From: the human T2T-CHM13v2.0 reference genome, Homo sapiens
Assembly (NCBI RefSeq): GCF_009914755.1
Contig: NC_060934.1
DNA: 64,000 nucleotides
Reading direction: 5' to 3' (one strand)
Part shown: piece by piece, positions 31,031 through 55,600 of the stretch
How the letters are laid out: each line of letters starts with the position of its first letter
Numbering within the stretch: position 1 is the first letter of the stretch
Notes under the pieces: generated by a model
The model's input: the letters and a program-made list of their open reading frames with translations, nothing else
Databases searched by the model: none
What the model was told of the DNA's origin: nothing
Translations under genes and position numbers: made by a program

Positions 31031-32334
31031 AATTTAGTAATATTTTAAGATAATTTAAAAATTTTATTCATCACAACAGAATCAACATACATTTGAAAAC
31101 TGCTAGTATCTGTAAGACACTCTTGCTTGTATACTCAGTCTATTTCTGCTGCAACCCTAGTATGAGATGGAGGAAGGACTGTGGAGCTGATGGACCAGGA
31201 GGTAGCAGAGTTCTTGATTGAACTCTGCACACTCAGAATCTGCACTGACGCTAGATTTGACAAGAGAATAAGGGAAGAAGGGAGAAAGAACAGGACTGGT
31301 TATTCAGGTTTTAAAGGATTTAAAGATTGTGACTTATACACATCTTTAAAATAAACTACTTACCAAGACTTGAGGAACATATAGCTTGGGCAGCTGTAAC
31401 GTTTGTTCCTCTCCCATTCTTTCCCAACATGCTGCTTCCCCTTCAGTTATCAATTGACTTGGACAGAGTCCTGTTTTATTTGAAGTCAAAACTGGCTGCA
31501 TACCCTCCTAATCTCAATAATCTGAAATAAGAGAATTTAGTGAGCCTGTGGGTTTTGTGTGTGTGTGTGCTCATGATGGGTGTGTGTGTGTGTTTAGGCT
31601 TTGTTATCTAGTATACATCCTCTAGCAAAGGGTTTGGTGTTTCCCTTGAAATGTTTTGAATGTTTTCAATATGACTCATTGTGGGTTATTTTTTAAAATT
31701 CAGTTTTCCCCTTAGCTTTATTGAGATATAATTGACAAATGGAAATTGTATATATTTAAGCTGCATCCTTGTGGTTTTATTTTTAGTTTTGGGTGTACTC
31801 ATGCAGTGTCCTGTACTATCACTGTTTGGCCTTGATAAGAACAAGAAGTCCACTTTGCATTATGTTGTACTTTAAGAGAGTTGGGACAGGGAAAGGAATA
31901 CTTTGTGGATGAGGTCTGTAGGATCTTTAAATGTAGGAGTACAGGGTTGGAACAGCATGTATTAATATTATCACACAGTGTACACCCGTGTGAGTTGGTG
32001 CTGCATACTTGCTACTTGAATTAGATTAAAGCTTGTCATTGTACTCTGTGTTCCTGACTCCCTCCTAAAAACTGTAACTATGCTTGTGGCCTTCAGTCAG
32101 GTGTCTAGGTGACTAATGGCTGAGGATCCTTGACCTTTCTCAAAATGGCAACTCCAGGAGCAAAGCATATCAGCTATTACTGATATGCCACAGAATGCGT
32201 CCATCTCTACTGTTTTAAAGTACAATCTGTGCCAAATGCTTCATATTAACATAGAAAAGAAATTTCTTCACCTATCTCCTGAGTCTTTTGAAATCTTCAC
32301 ATATATTATTTTCTAAATTATTATTATTTAAAAT

Positions 32335-36137
<3,803 letters not shown>

Positions 36138-36939
36138 TTAATCTTCTTGGTTAGTGATAATTGAAATCACATGGAACTGAGGAATTTGTGCTCTTTTTTT
36201 CTTACAAAATAATTACTCATACTCAAGGTCTTCTCCTAAATTGTCTCAAATTAGAGTAGGTGGTAATTCTGGGAAGAATGTATTAGAGGGTCATGAGTGA
36301 GCATATTTCGAGATCCCATAAGGCTGTCATTGGTCCATTTGATATATAGCATAAGATTTTTTTTCTAGCAATTTAGGTTGAAGATTCAAAGGGAGAGAGA
36401 AGTACTAGTTGATTGATTTAAAGTATCTAATTAAATATTATTAGTATATAGTTAAGATATACAATTATTTAGGAAACTGACCTTATGCCTACTTTCATTC
36501 TTTAAATACTTTTTAAAAATTCAGATTTCTATTAAAATGTGCAAGATCACTTTAAGAAGCTAGGGAGCTTGAATGTTTAAATAAAATCCAATTTTCCATA
36601 CACAAGACAGACTTCTTCCTGTTTCTGACTGCTGGTTAGTCTTAGTGGGATTTGTTTGGCTTTTATGAATGCCATTAAATTTTAATGTGCAGATCAGATG
36701 TCTTATTGTATAAAAAAATGGTTCAGTCTCTGTTTTGGACCTATCATTTTACCACACAAGGGAACCATTAGTGATAATCAATTTTATTCCTGTAAACCTT
36801 TTCAATTTCATCTTTTTCAGTTTCCTTTCTCCATAATGGTCATTCTTGTCATTTTTTTTCCAAATTTGAAAAACTTATACAGTAACTGGATTTCATAAAT
36901 AGATATATCACAAGACTTGTAGTTGGTGATGCTTTTGTT

Positions 36940-38675
<1,736 letters not shown>

Positions 38676-38676
38676 G

Positions 38677-38940
38677 AGTTTCCTCTTATTGCTGTGACAA
38701 GTCACCAGAAACTTTGTGGTTTAAAACAACACAAATTTATTATCTTACAGTTCTGGAAGCCAGAAGTCCAAAGTGAGTCAGCAGGGCCACATTCTTTCTG
38801 GAAACTCTAGAAAAGACTCTGTTTCTTCACCTTTTCCAGCTTCTAGAGGCTGCCTGCTTTCCTTGGCTTGTAGCCCCACATTACTCCAGTCTCTGCTTTC
38901 ATTATCATACCTCCTTCTCTCCTGCTTCCATTGCCATGTC
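38677..38940 (-). mobile_element. MLT1 (ERVL-MaLR) LTR fragment
   Basis: ttaaaacaacacaaatttattatcttacagttctggaagccagaagtccaaa...ccagcttctagaggctgcc MLT1 motif. Confidence 0.85.
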
Positions 38941-39224
38941 AGTGAAATAATGCCCTCAGTTTGCTAATAAAATAACTGTCAACTTAGAATTCTGTACTGC
39001 TATAATAGTCTTTGAAGAATGAGGACAAAACAGACATTATCAAACAAAAACTGATACATTTTGTCACCAGCAGACTTTTACTAGAGGAAATCCTAAAGAA
39101 TGTACTTCAGACAAGTCCGCTGATCCCAGATGTAAGCCTGAAATACAAGAGGGAATGATGAGCCAAGATACTGGACAGTTTGTTGGTAAATGTAGATAAG
39201 TGTTGATGTATATAATAATGGGAT

Positions 39225-39800
39225 GTTTTTACTCAACGCTTCTGATACCAGATGTATGGCTTTTTTTTTCCACACCAACAACCAGTCTTCCAACTCTTCA
39301 GACACCAACTTGGTATTCAGCAGCGCAATTCAATTCTGACACTAACTATCCAGAGTTAGTGTCAGACTCCACAGGTTTAAGTGCTTAGTCCCATAAAACT
39401 ATCCTCACTTCAGATACCAGTCACAAGTATTGGGTGCCTGGTATACCCACACTTCTGTCTGACTTTACTACAAAGTTGGGAGTTCCTACAACTCCCCGCT
39501 TTCGGGTTTGTTAATTCGCTAGAATGGCTCACATAACTCACAGAAATACTTTACTCAAATAGTTACCAGTTTATTATAAAGGATACAACCCAGGAACAGC
39601 CAAATGGAAGAGATGCATAGGGCAAGATATGATGAGGAAGATTTCATGCTGCCTGGGTGCACCACCTCCCAGCACCCAGATGTGTTCACCAACTCAGAAA
39701 CTCTCTGACCATGCCTTGATGTTTCTGGAACCAGCTCCCGTTTTGAAGCTATCTAGGGTCCCCCAGCCACTAGTCATCTTATTAGCATACAAAAGACACT
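39225..39800 (-). mobile_element. MER21-like LTR, truncated, followed by Alu 39800-40095(-)
   Basis: aattctgacactaact...gagttagtgtcaga, ccagtttattataaaggataca and gaagctatctagggtccccc resemble MER21. Confidence 0.8.
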
Positions 39801-40154
39801 TTTTTTTTTTTGAGACAGGATCCAGCTCTGTCACCCACACTGGAGTGCAGTGGCATGATCATAGCTCACTACAGCCTTGATATCCTGGACTCAAGCACTC
39901 CTCCTGCCTCAGCCTCCTGAGTAGCTAGGACTACAGGTGTGAGCCACCGTGCCTGCCTATCTTTTTAAAATTTTTAGTAGAGATGAGATCTTGCTCTGTT
40001 ACCCAGGCTCGTCTGGAACTCCTAAGCTCAAGTGATCCTCCTGCCTTGGGCTTCCAAAGTACTGGGATTACAGGCATGAGCCACTGTGCCTGTCCACAAA
40101 GACACTTTTAAGTGTCAAAAGACACTTTTAGGAAAAATATTTTTCCTAAAATTT

Positions 40155-44345
<4,191 letters not shown>

Positions 44346-44429
44346 CAAAATATCCAGTCCTTTAAGCCTGATCAAAAGCCACATCAAACAGGTCTTGCCC
44401 TTCACTGATATTTATTATATACTGCCTTA

Positions 44430-44879
<450 letters not shown>

Positions 44880-45829
44880 TAATTCTACTTGTTAACAATG
44901 TAATACTGCTTTAAACTTGTGGAGTTTCTGTATTACTTCATTTATCCTCAAAAGAACCTGGTGAGATAGGCTTTTATTTGCAGGTGACATTTTCTATGTT
45001 TTCAAATGAGACTGTATAATTCTGGCTAAGCATTTTAACTTTAAGCAGTTTGTTCCTTATCTTTGTAAGTTAGTCAGTCACAACATAATGGCTATATTGA
45101 ATATGAGACTAGAGGAGATGATCTATTAGGTTATTTTCAACTCTGTGGGGATGAGTAATTGAATGAATGAATGAATACATTTTATTAGTACAAGGAAGGC
45201 AAACTGAATACTTGGTGTATGCATTTTGGGTTCCTCTTTTAAATGAATCCCCCGCCCAGCTCCCCTTCCACCACTCAACCTTTGGCTGATCTGGTTACTT
45301 ATATTAATATTAAACTATTAATAACTGGCTTAGTTACTAATAATAGTGACCTTTAATTAACAATATATTTTCATTTTAATTTTTAAATTTTTGTTTTTAT
45401 TTTCTTTTAACAATATATTTTCAAATGGTCCAATGGATTTATCAAACAAATTTATTTAGCTAGATGAATGAGTGAGAAATTTATGCATTGCCTCATACTT
45501 TTTCTTTGTGTTTCTTCCTATTCCTTTGCTTTGTTTAGTTATTAAATTTCACTTAACACCATGCTTTGGCATTTTATTTCCAGATGTTAGATCTGAAAAT
45601 GATCTAACATTTCAGCAAAGAACTGAAGGATTTCAGTTCTTTGTGCAGTGTCTTTTAATAGCAGTGTGTATAGGGTGGGGAGGAATAAGGAAACAAAGGC
45701 ATTGCAGAGATAGAGCAACCTGAAGTCAAAGAGCCCAGATGTTTTCTCGTCATTTTTTGTTGTCAGGAAATAAAGAATAAGGGCAGTGCACTGAATGAAT
45801 GTGCTGCTTTTACCTGTAATTTTGTAATT

Positions 45830-45892
45830 TTCTTTTTGAAACAGGGTCTCTCAAAATGCTGGGATTACAGGCATGAGCCACTGTGTCCTGCC
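45830..45892 (-). mobile_element. Internally deleted Alu remnant
   Basis: tttttgaaacagggtctc fused to tcaaaatgctgggattacaggcatgagccactgtg. Confidence 0.75.
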
Positions 45893-45909
45893 TAAATTGT
45901 AAAATCTAA

Positions 45910-46239
<330 letters not shown>

Positions 46240-46321
46240 TGAAGATAATAATGGAAGATTGATGATTGTTTAGAATGAAAATATGTTGAATGCTGCACAT
46301 CTGTGTTACCGTGTTTGCTAG

Positions 46322-46474
<153 letters not shown>

Positions 46475-47279
46475 TAGTTTTATCCAATTTCTATAACATT
46501 TTTTAAGGATTGTCCATGTTGGAGCCAAAGGAAAGGGTACCCTCTTCCTACTTTTTGCAGAAGATAGGTGAAGATGCATTGGGCTTTCAGGTGTCTGCTC
46601 TGTTGATGGAGATGATGCTGTGCTTTGAGGTGATGTCATTATCTCTGGTATCTGAATCTGCTTTCTATATATTGCCTTGTCAAATGAATTAAACCAAACA
46701 TTGCAAATACTGCTATTGGAGAATGTAGGAAATACTTTTCTGTTACTGTAATGCTGAAGGCCATCCTGCATCCTGACCTCTCCATTCCACATTACACAGC
46801 ATTCCTTCACTGTCTGCCAGCTGGCCTGTAGTTCTTTACGACCTCTTAGCTTGCTAATTAGCCTGCCTACTATTATGGATTCATGCCCTAACCCAAGGCT
46901 GCATAATATAATCAGACCTAGGAGAGAAGAGCTATTGTGGTTAAATCTTATTTTGAAATGATTATTCAGGCATCTGAGCATTAAATATTCAAAATATATA
47001 AACGGATACCAGCTTTTGATGTTACAGACATATAACATGAACTTGAGGGTCTTTAAAGTATGAATGAGACCAATGACAAGATATGTTAGATGTTTAACCT
47101 GCTTAACTTGATTGTTATCACTTTATAAAATTCATTTGTTTTATGTGAAATGTTGATTTTTAATTAACAGCATTTTTATGAGGTTCCAGTGTAGGTGTTC
47201 TGTAAAACTTAATGGCAGTTAAGAATTTGAGCCATCACTGAAGATCACCTGGAAATAGGTTTCTCTGGTGGCTTTAGAG

Positions 47280-47480
47280 TAGTCCTCTTAAAATTTCTCA
47301 TAATACTGGCGAAAATTATATTTCCCCAAATGGAATCTTATGCAGAATCCCCAAACAAAAAAAGACAAAATGGAGCTACTTTAGGTGAAGCAGGAGCAGC
47401 CCCACCTCTGCTTCTCTTTGGTCTTGATGGTCTGTGAGACAACTTGAGAAATCCTAGGAGTAATTTGAAAATCAAAGCTT
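47280..47480. mobile_element. MER112-like hAT fragment
   Basis: aatcttatgcagaatcccc...atttgaaaatca resembles MER112. Confidence 0.45.
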
Positions 47481-48057
47481 TAGAGAATCACATAGCGCCT
47501 TTGAATAACAACCAACATAAACAAAAAGTGCTAGCAGAGTGATTCCAAAACACCAGATGCTTTCAAACACTGTCATCCCTATAATTATTTTTATAATATT
47601 TCTATTTGTTTCTAATTATAAAACTAGTACATGCTTATTTTGGACAAATTGGAAAGTACAGACAAATAGAAATATGAAAACAAAACATATCATTGTTATT
47701 CTTAGAACTTTTTTCAGCCACTAGATTCAGTACTAGGCTCATGTGAGATTTTTAGCACAGAGTTCAGAGACATGGCATGAAACCTGTATGCATAGAAGCC
47801 TGGCAAAATGTTTTTCCCTTACCTGTGAATTTCTTTTTAATAAATATATATTTATTCATTTAGATGTTTAATATTTGTGAATATATTTATATCAAAATAT
47901 GAAAATGTTTATCACATTTAGTGTTTACATTTAATACATTACTTTCATTGAAAAGAGTAATGTTGCATAAATTAGAGTTCAGTGATGGTGTCTGTTGTTT
48001 AAATAAGTGAGCAATCGGTTTGAACTTTCATAGTATTTCATAATGGATTTAGACTGA

Positions 48058-48267
<210 letters not shown>

Positions 48268-48303
48268 TAGGGGGGAAAAATGTTAGCATGTTCTAAACTC
48301 TGA

Positions 48304-48627
<324 letters not shown>

Positions 48628-49303
48628 TGAGGTTCATTTTCTTTTGTGGCTTCACTGCATGTCCTTCAGCCTAGGTAAAAATGAGACCCGATTGATTGGT
48701 TATCACATGATGGCTGTAGCTGATTGGCTGAGAACCAGTCTTCTTCTCTAATGCTGTCCTTCTCCTGTTCTTTGTTTGAAATTGCCTTTCTGTGGCCTAA
48801 TTCTGTTCTCCTAAAGCTCTAACAAGCCCCTTTGCTGGGAGGTGGACTCTCCTCTATAAACTCTAGCCTAGGATATTAAATTTTCACACCTTTGTGTTAT
48901 AGAAAAATAATTAGGAGCTGGAATGGATATTATAGAGCATCATATGATAAAGACATGAACTCAGAGCCCTTTTTAGTGTGTATTAATCCAATTTTTCCTA
49001 AAAGATATTTAACTGTTGTTTACATCATGAGTAGATCAGTTCTTTAGTCACCAGCTGGGACTACCTTCCCATTGAGTAGTGCTCTGAAATGCAAACATGG
49101 TAGCTGCTCTCTCGACTAGCAAAAGGGAGTAGCACTTATTGAGTGTCTAGTATATGCCAGACAGCTCATGGTTTATATGAATTATCTTAGTCAAGTTGTG
49201 GGTTAATTAGTTATTTCTCAGAAGGCAACTTTATTATAAAAATCTGGTGACTCATGTCATTGTGACTTCCAGCTACCTGCTTTGGTGTTTCAAGTAGTAG
49301 CTA

Positions 49304-49625
<322 letters not shown>

Positions 49626-50115
49626 ATTATTTTTTTCTTCTTTATGTTTGGGGGTTGGCAAATCCAAGCTACATGTTGAGAGAAATCTCGGATGATAAAC
49701 TTGACATCTTGGGATCTTCTGCTGGGATCAGGGGCAGCAGGATACGCCATTCAGAGTATTACTGACAGTTTTCATATTGTCCCATTAGGTTTGTAGTAGA
49801 TGGAGCCAGGGTGAGGGCCAGGATGATAACTGATTTAGAAGGATATTAGATATTTTGTGATTGCAGGTCATCAGCATATGCAGGTTAAATTAGTTACTTA
49901 ATCATGTTGTGATGGTGTCTTTGTACCTTGAGTTTTCTTTTTCTTTTTTTATTTTTACAATAAAGGTTGTTAATGTTGGAACTTTATTGTCAAACTTGTA
50001 GTGTTTGTTTTGTATACTCATTTTAGGATCTTAAAAGCCCAAAACATCTAAAGTGTAGAACATCTTTTGTGAATATTGTTATACAACAAGATTAAATTCC
50101 AAGCTTACTTTCTGA

Positions 50116-50397
<282 letters not shown>

Positions 50398-51498
50398 GAG
50401 TACTCAGATATTGTGAAAGTAATTTCTTCTTCATTTCTGTTTCATAGGTTACTTGCTATCTTTGCTAATTTCCTTTGTTCTAAGGTAGAACAAGTAAATA
50501 GGCATGTGGGGTAGATACTGGTTTAAGGCTGAGATTTATAGCTTTTCCATCAGGCTGGAGTCTTATTGGTTGGACTGGTGGAAGAGTATATTCCCGTGGA
50601 TGGGAGCTCTGCCTTGTATATGGGTGGTTCTTCCCAGCTGACTAAGTAAGATACAGATATGCCTGTAATTCTGAACTTTATGGAAAACTTTTCTTTAACC
50701 AATCTTTGATCCAGAGAAATCTACAGAGGAAACTCTTGGCATTTCTAGATGTGTCCCTTGATCATTCCATTTTCCCCAAGGAAGGTTTAATTAAAATATT
50801 AGTCTTCACATTGGTCAGTTAGTTTGAGGGATCCCTTCACCCTTTTTCTGGAATCTCTTTTAGGACCCCAGAGGGGCTGGCAGATTCCTTCTAGAGCCTG
50901 TTAGCAGTGGTTTTGTGTTGCTGCTGCTCTGGTCTGCTGCTCCCTGTTTAATGACTGTGAACCAAGCTTTCAGGTCTGGGGGAACAGAGATACTTGGGTT
51001 CATACTTTCCTTGTAGGAGCCCAAGATGTAGGCAGTGGGGGGAACACACTGTCCCCAAGATCTAGCTTTCCCATGTGTGACCCCAATGTCTCCAGGGCCA
51101 GCCAGAAGGCTGGTAGTCAACTAAAGAAGGGATTTTGTTGTATGACTTCCATTGGGTGCTCAGTAGAACGGTATGTTCTCCGGGATCTGTAAGGTAATGT
51201 AAAAGCTGGGGCCTGAAATCACCAGCCCTCTCTCTTGTTGCCCTGAAAGCTAATTTAATTATATAGAGTAAGTTAGCTTATTTTAACTATGGATTTATTT
51301 ACAGAGACATTTTCTCATTGATGTGAAGTTCTTGAATAGATTCTAAGACTGTATTTTAAATCTATATGGTAAAATCTTTTTAACTCTGATATTTTATTTA
51401 ATTTTGCTTTTGCATAGTTGACAACTTTCACTTCCCTGTTATGACTTCTTTATGCATCTTTTTTTGTTCTTTTGTTTTATTCTTTTTCTCACGTTTAG

Positions 51499-51501
51499 AA
51501 G
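51499..51501 (+). other. VCL: Candidate 3-nt microexon (AAG) or zero-length recursive splice site in intron 6
   Basis: AG-free, pyrimidine-rich 51418-51496, then tttag|AAG|gtaagc. Confidence 0.5.
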
Positions 51502-51741
51502 GTAAGCTTTCTCTTGCCCTCTAGTTTCTTTTTCGCTTAAAAAGAGAAAAGCATGTCTGTGAGGTTTTTTTGTGCTGTGTGCCGTGCCTTATTCTGTGTA
51601 TAACACTGTGCTTGAATGTGCGTCAGAATGTGATTTAATACGGGACTCTAGGCAGTGCTGGGGAGACTGACTGTGGCTCATATTGAGTGATTTCTTTGGG
51701 AAAAGCTAAAGGAAAGACATTACTGTGGGCTATCAGGCTGC

Positions 51742-51751
51742 CTATATTTAG
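51742..51751. promoter_or_regulatory. MEF2 consensus CTATATTTAG in unique intron 6 sequence
   Basis: Exact CTA(A/T)4TAG match; motif match only. Confidence 0.3.
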
Positions 51752-52574
51752 TGGGTGCCTTCATTTCTTTGGGTAGGCTCCTGGGATCTTTTTTGGCCTG
51801 GTCTTTCCCATTGACTTCATTTGAGGAGCAGGATTCCCCAGGTAGCTGGGAGACCCCTGAGTTACCTGTGGACCCTGCTGTTGGGAAAGGAGACTTCCAG
51901 CTGATGCTATCTCTGTACCTGCCTCTCCCACCAGTCTTCTTTGCGGGCTCTGAAATTTTGCTTTTGGAGATGCATCATTGAGGTTTTAAGCCATAATGAA
52001 AGAGGGTAGGCTAGAGAGCTTAGATGAGGCACCTGTCCTTCATAATAATCCTAGCCTTCAAAATCCAAAGGAAAACAGAAGTGAAGTGTGTCTAAAGGTC
52101 TTCCTAACTTCATTCTGTGGCTCACTGCATGTTTTGCTGTCCAAACTGAATTAGCTGTAGTTCTCCATGACCTCATGTTCCCCTAACCCAAGCTCTTCGC
52201 TTATTCTCTTTCTTTTGCTTCTAGCAGATGACAAAAAGTAATAAGGAGGAACAGGCATTTTAACCTTAATGTTTCTCTATTTTCAGAAGGGAAAAGCTAT
52301 CCATCATTTAGTGAATAAATGTTATTGAACTTTATTTTGTGCAAGTGCCATCAAGAGCTGCTTCTCTCATTAAAAAAATGTAGTCAGTTGAGTTTTCAGG
52401 GCTAGGATTAGGCACTTGGGGATACAAGTGAAATAGACCTGGTACTCACCGTGTACAGTCTTGTAGCTGCTCCCAGTTTTATGCTGAGGAAAACCAATTT
52501 GTTAGGATGCTACAAAACTAACTTCATCTGAAATGAAAGAAGGTAAATTAAATTAGCTCAACTCAAGTACACGA

Positions 52575-52696
52575 TGACATCAGAATGAACAAGAGATGTT
52601 TATGTTTTAATCTACTGACCATAAGAATGAAAAAGAGATGCTTATTTTTTAACCTAATGACATCAGAATAAAAAAAGAGGTTTATTTTTAACCTAA
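52575..52696 (+). repeat. Degenerate 3-unit tandem repeat of about 41 bp
   Basis: Units 52575-52615, 52616-52657, 52658-52696 (tgacatcagaatgaa.aagagatg.ttat.ttttaa.cta). Confidence 0.85.
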
Positions 52697-55600
52697 TTTT
52701 GCTTTTGTTTTACATTTATGTGGTTCAAATATCAAAGTGCTGCAAAAAGATATACCTGATAAGTCTTCCTCCTAACCTGGTTCCCATCCACTCTACCGCT
52801 CCTCACCCTCTAAGAGTAATCATTTCTATTGGTTACCAAAATAGAAAAAAATTTTACCCTGAAAATAGAAATTGGTAGCTAGGATTTTGGCTCTTTTTCA
52901 GTTTTGTAGCATTACGCATCTTTCATTGCTCCACTGTAAGCAGTGAATTAATCAGACCTTTTGTCTGACTGTGACTGCTGGGTTCCCATTCTGTTTAATG
53001 CATACAGTGTCTTTCACCTCTTCTCGCCCCTACCAATAAATAATTAACTTTGTCTTACCATACTTGTTTCATGCCTCCCCATTGGTGCAGTATTCTTCTG
53101 GAAAGTGATGATTCCTCTAGAAAAGTGGGGGAAGAAAGTAAGTGGAAAAAATTCTTGGTAAAAGTGCGTCTTGCCGAATAAGTTAAGATTTTAAAGAGGC
53201 AATGCAATAACTGATTATTTTACCTTTTATACCTATATTCAAATTGCACATTTACAAATTTAAAAGTAACTTTGACTTTAAACACTTCACTTATTTTAAA
53301 AGTAAAAAGTTTCCTTTTCTTAAATCAACAATCATTTTATAGTGATCATTAAAAATTAGGTTAGCATTTTTTTCTGAAAATACATTATTTATTAAAAGAA
53401 TTTGAGTTAAACACAATTCTAATTCTACCCTTTGTAAATTTAGTGCTCTACATTTAATTTTTTTGGTATTTATATTACTTGTATCTTGATGCATGCTGAG
53501 AATTAAGAGGAAGTGAGATAAAAAATTAAAAAAAAATTTCACTGCTAAGACTTTGAACCCTACATAGGCACTCCTGCAGCTTTGCACCGTGAATCATTAA
53601 ATTCTATTATTCAGAATTAGTTCCTGTGGTGGGTCTCTCCCCACTGTGGTCCTGGGCTGGTGGTGGGTAAAAGTAGTAAGTGACTCAGATGCCTTATACA
53701 GAAGATTAGCAAACTTAACTAAGGCAGGAAATGTTGGTTAGAACTTGTGAGTGTGTAATACTACCCCCTTACTTGCAGACCACTGGGATTTAAGAGTTGA
53801 TTTGTTAAATTAAAAAAAGGTCATTTGTGGGCTTTCTATGAGCAAGTGTTCTAGTGTTTTGTTTTTAGCAGCTAATAGAATGAAAGATCTCTAAGAGCTT
53901 GAGAGAAATAGTTAATTCAGGCATTTATGATATTTTATCTCCCTGCTCCCCATGAGGAGAAAATCCCAAAATAAATTGATGTTTCCCTTCTGATCTAAGT
54001 TATCTTTGGCTAGTACATCTGATCATGCACTCATAGGTAGCATAGATTTTTAGAGCCAGGAAGGTATTCTTAGAGATGAGGAATTGAGACCCAGAGAAGG
54101 TAACTTGCATGAAGTCTCAGGACTAGACAACTTTCTCTTGTTTAAATGTAGTTTGTAAGATTTTGTTCTACTGCCCAATCTATACTTTCCAGAAACATCT
54201 TAAACCAGAAACATCTGGTTTAAAACATTGACTTGCAGGTGGAAATGAGGTTAGAAAGGGGATGGAGTGGGAAGACAGGTGTTGGTGGAGGGAGAAGGGA
54301 GAGTATGGTGGGCAGTCATGGAGAGAGGTTCTTATTCCCCATATTTAAAATTTTCAAGAGCCTAGGATTGCAGGACTTTACTTTTTTAACCGAAGTTCCT
54401 CTTGATTGTCCATAGAAGGAGGTCATTATTATTCACAGGTGTTCTGAGGCCTAAATCTATGTTTAATTTAAGGAGTGTTTCAGTTCCTAGGAAAGCACGT
54501 ACAAATGGTTTAGCTTGTCGTTCCATCTTTTGGTATGCAGGGAAGAGTGCCAAGGCACTGTATTTTTTTCATTTAAAACATGAATTCATAAGAATTTTAT
54601 GTTAAGAAGGAGCATAACATGGTGGGGGAGGACCCAGATAGATTCAGGCCAGCTGTCCCCAAAGCCACATGACTAGACCTGGTCTTTTTATACTTCACTC
54701 TTTCAACACCCACAAACCCCCTGAAAAACAAACCAAAAACAGATAAGAAATTGGTAGAGACTTTTCTTTTTCCCAAAGTTGAGCTTTTACAGAGAAGAAT
54801 ACTCAAATGAAGGTGCAGTTTTTCTCTCTTCTATTTCATATCTGAATTATACTGACCTGAAATATACAGACCTACATGACAAGGTTTAGCAAAATGGTTT
54901 GTGGTACAAAGCATGGCTGACCACAAGGGTTACGATTATTTTCACCCTTTATAAATATATCCCCAAATTGACTTCTGTCCTAGTTGTCCAGTGAATTTGT
55001 TTATGTCATATTCATTGTTTGTATACTTACATGCTTATGACAGAATTCTGTCAATTCTATAATAAATATTGCCTTTCAAAAGAAATATATATGAAAGTCT
55101 TAGGAGAAAAAAATTCCCTTAGACATGTTTGTTTTTACTAGATATGACTAACATAAAATGGTTACTTATAACCTACTGTTTTCCAGAAAGAATTTAAGAT
55201 GGCTCTTTCAGTTATTGTTTTAAATCTCTGAAATTGTCTAAAATTAATGCTGTTAAAAATTTTGGTAACTTATTGAAAGTCGCAGTTATTAAATGCAGCT
55301 TCATTCAAAATTGGCTATTGGTTCCTTTTAGGGGAAAATGAACATCTCTTAATTTTAACTTCTTGACGGTGTCACACCTCCCACTGAGCAGTAAATTACT
55401 CACTTCCTGAGAATTACATTCTTTCCTTGCAGTACTGGCCATTAGAGCTTTATTAAGGAGAAAAAAAGAAATGATTTTTGAGGATGCTGAATAGACAAAA
55501 ACTATTTTTTCCATTGTGTTTCAAATCATTTTTGGGCATTGGAGAATAAAAGCAGTCATTTTTGTTAGTGTAGATTATGAATTTGATTTCTGGAGCTTAT

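Noticed and set aside
39335-39366. Perfect 13-bp hairpin tctgacactaact-atccag-agttagtgtcaga
   Set aside because: As I recall, an intrinsic feature of MER21-family LTRs; too short for a pre-miRNA.
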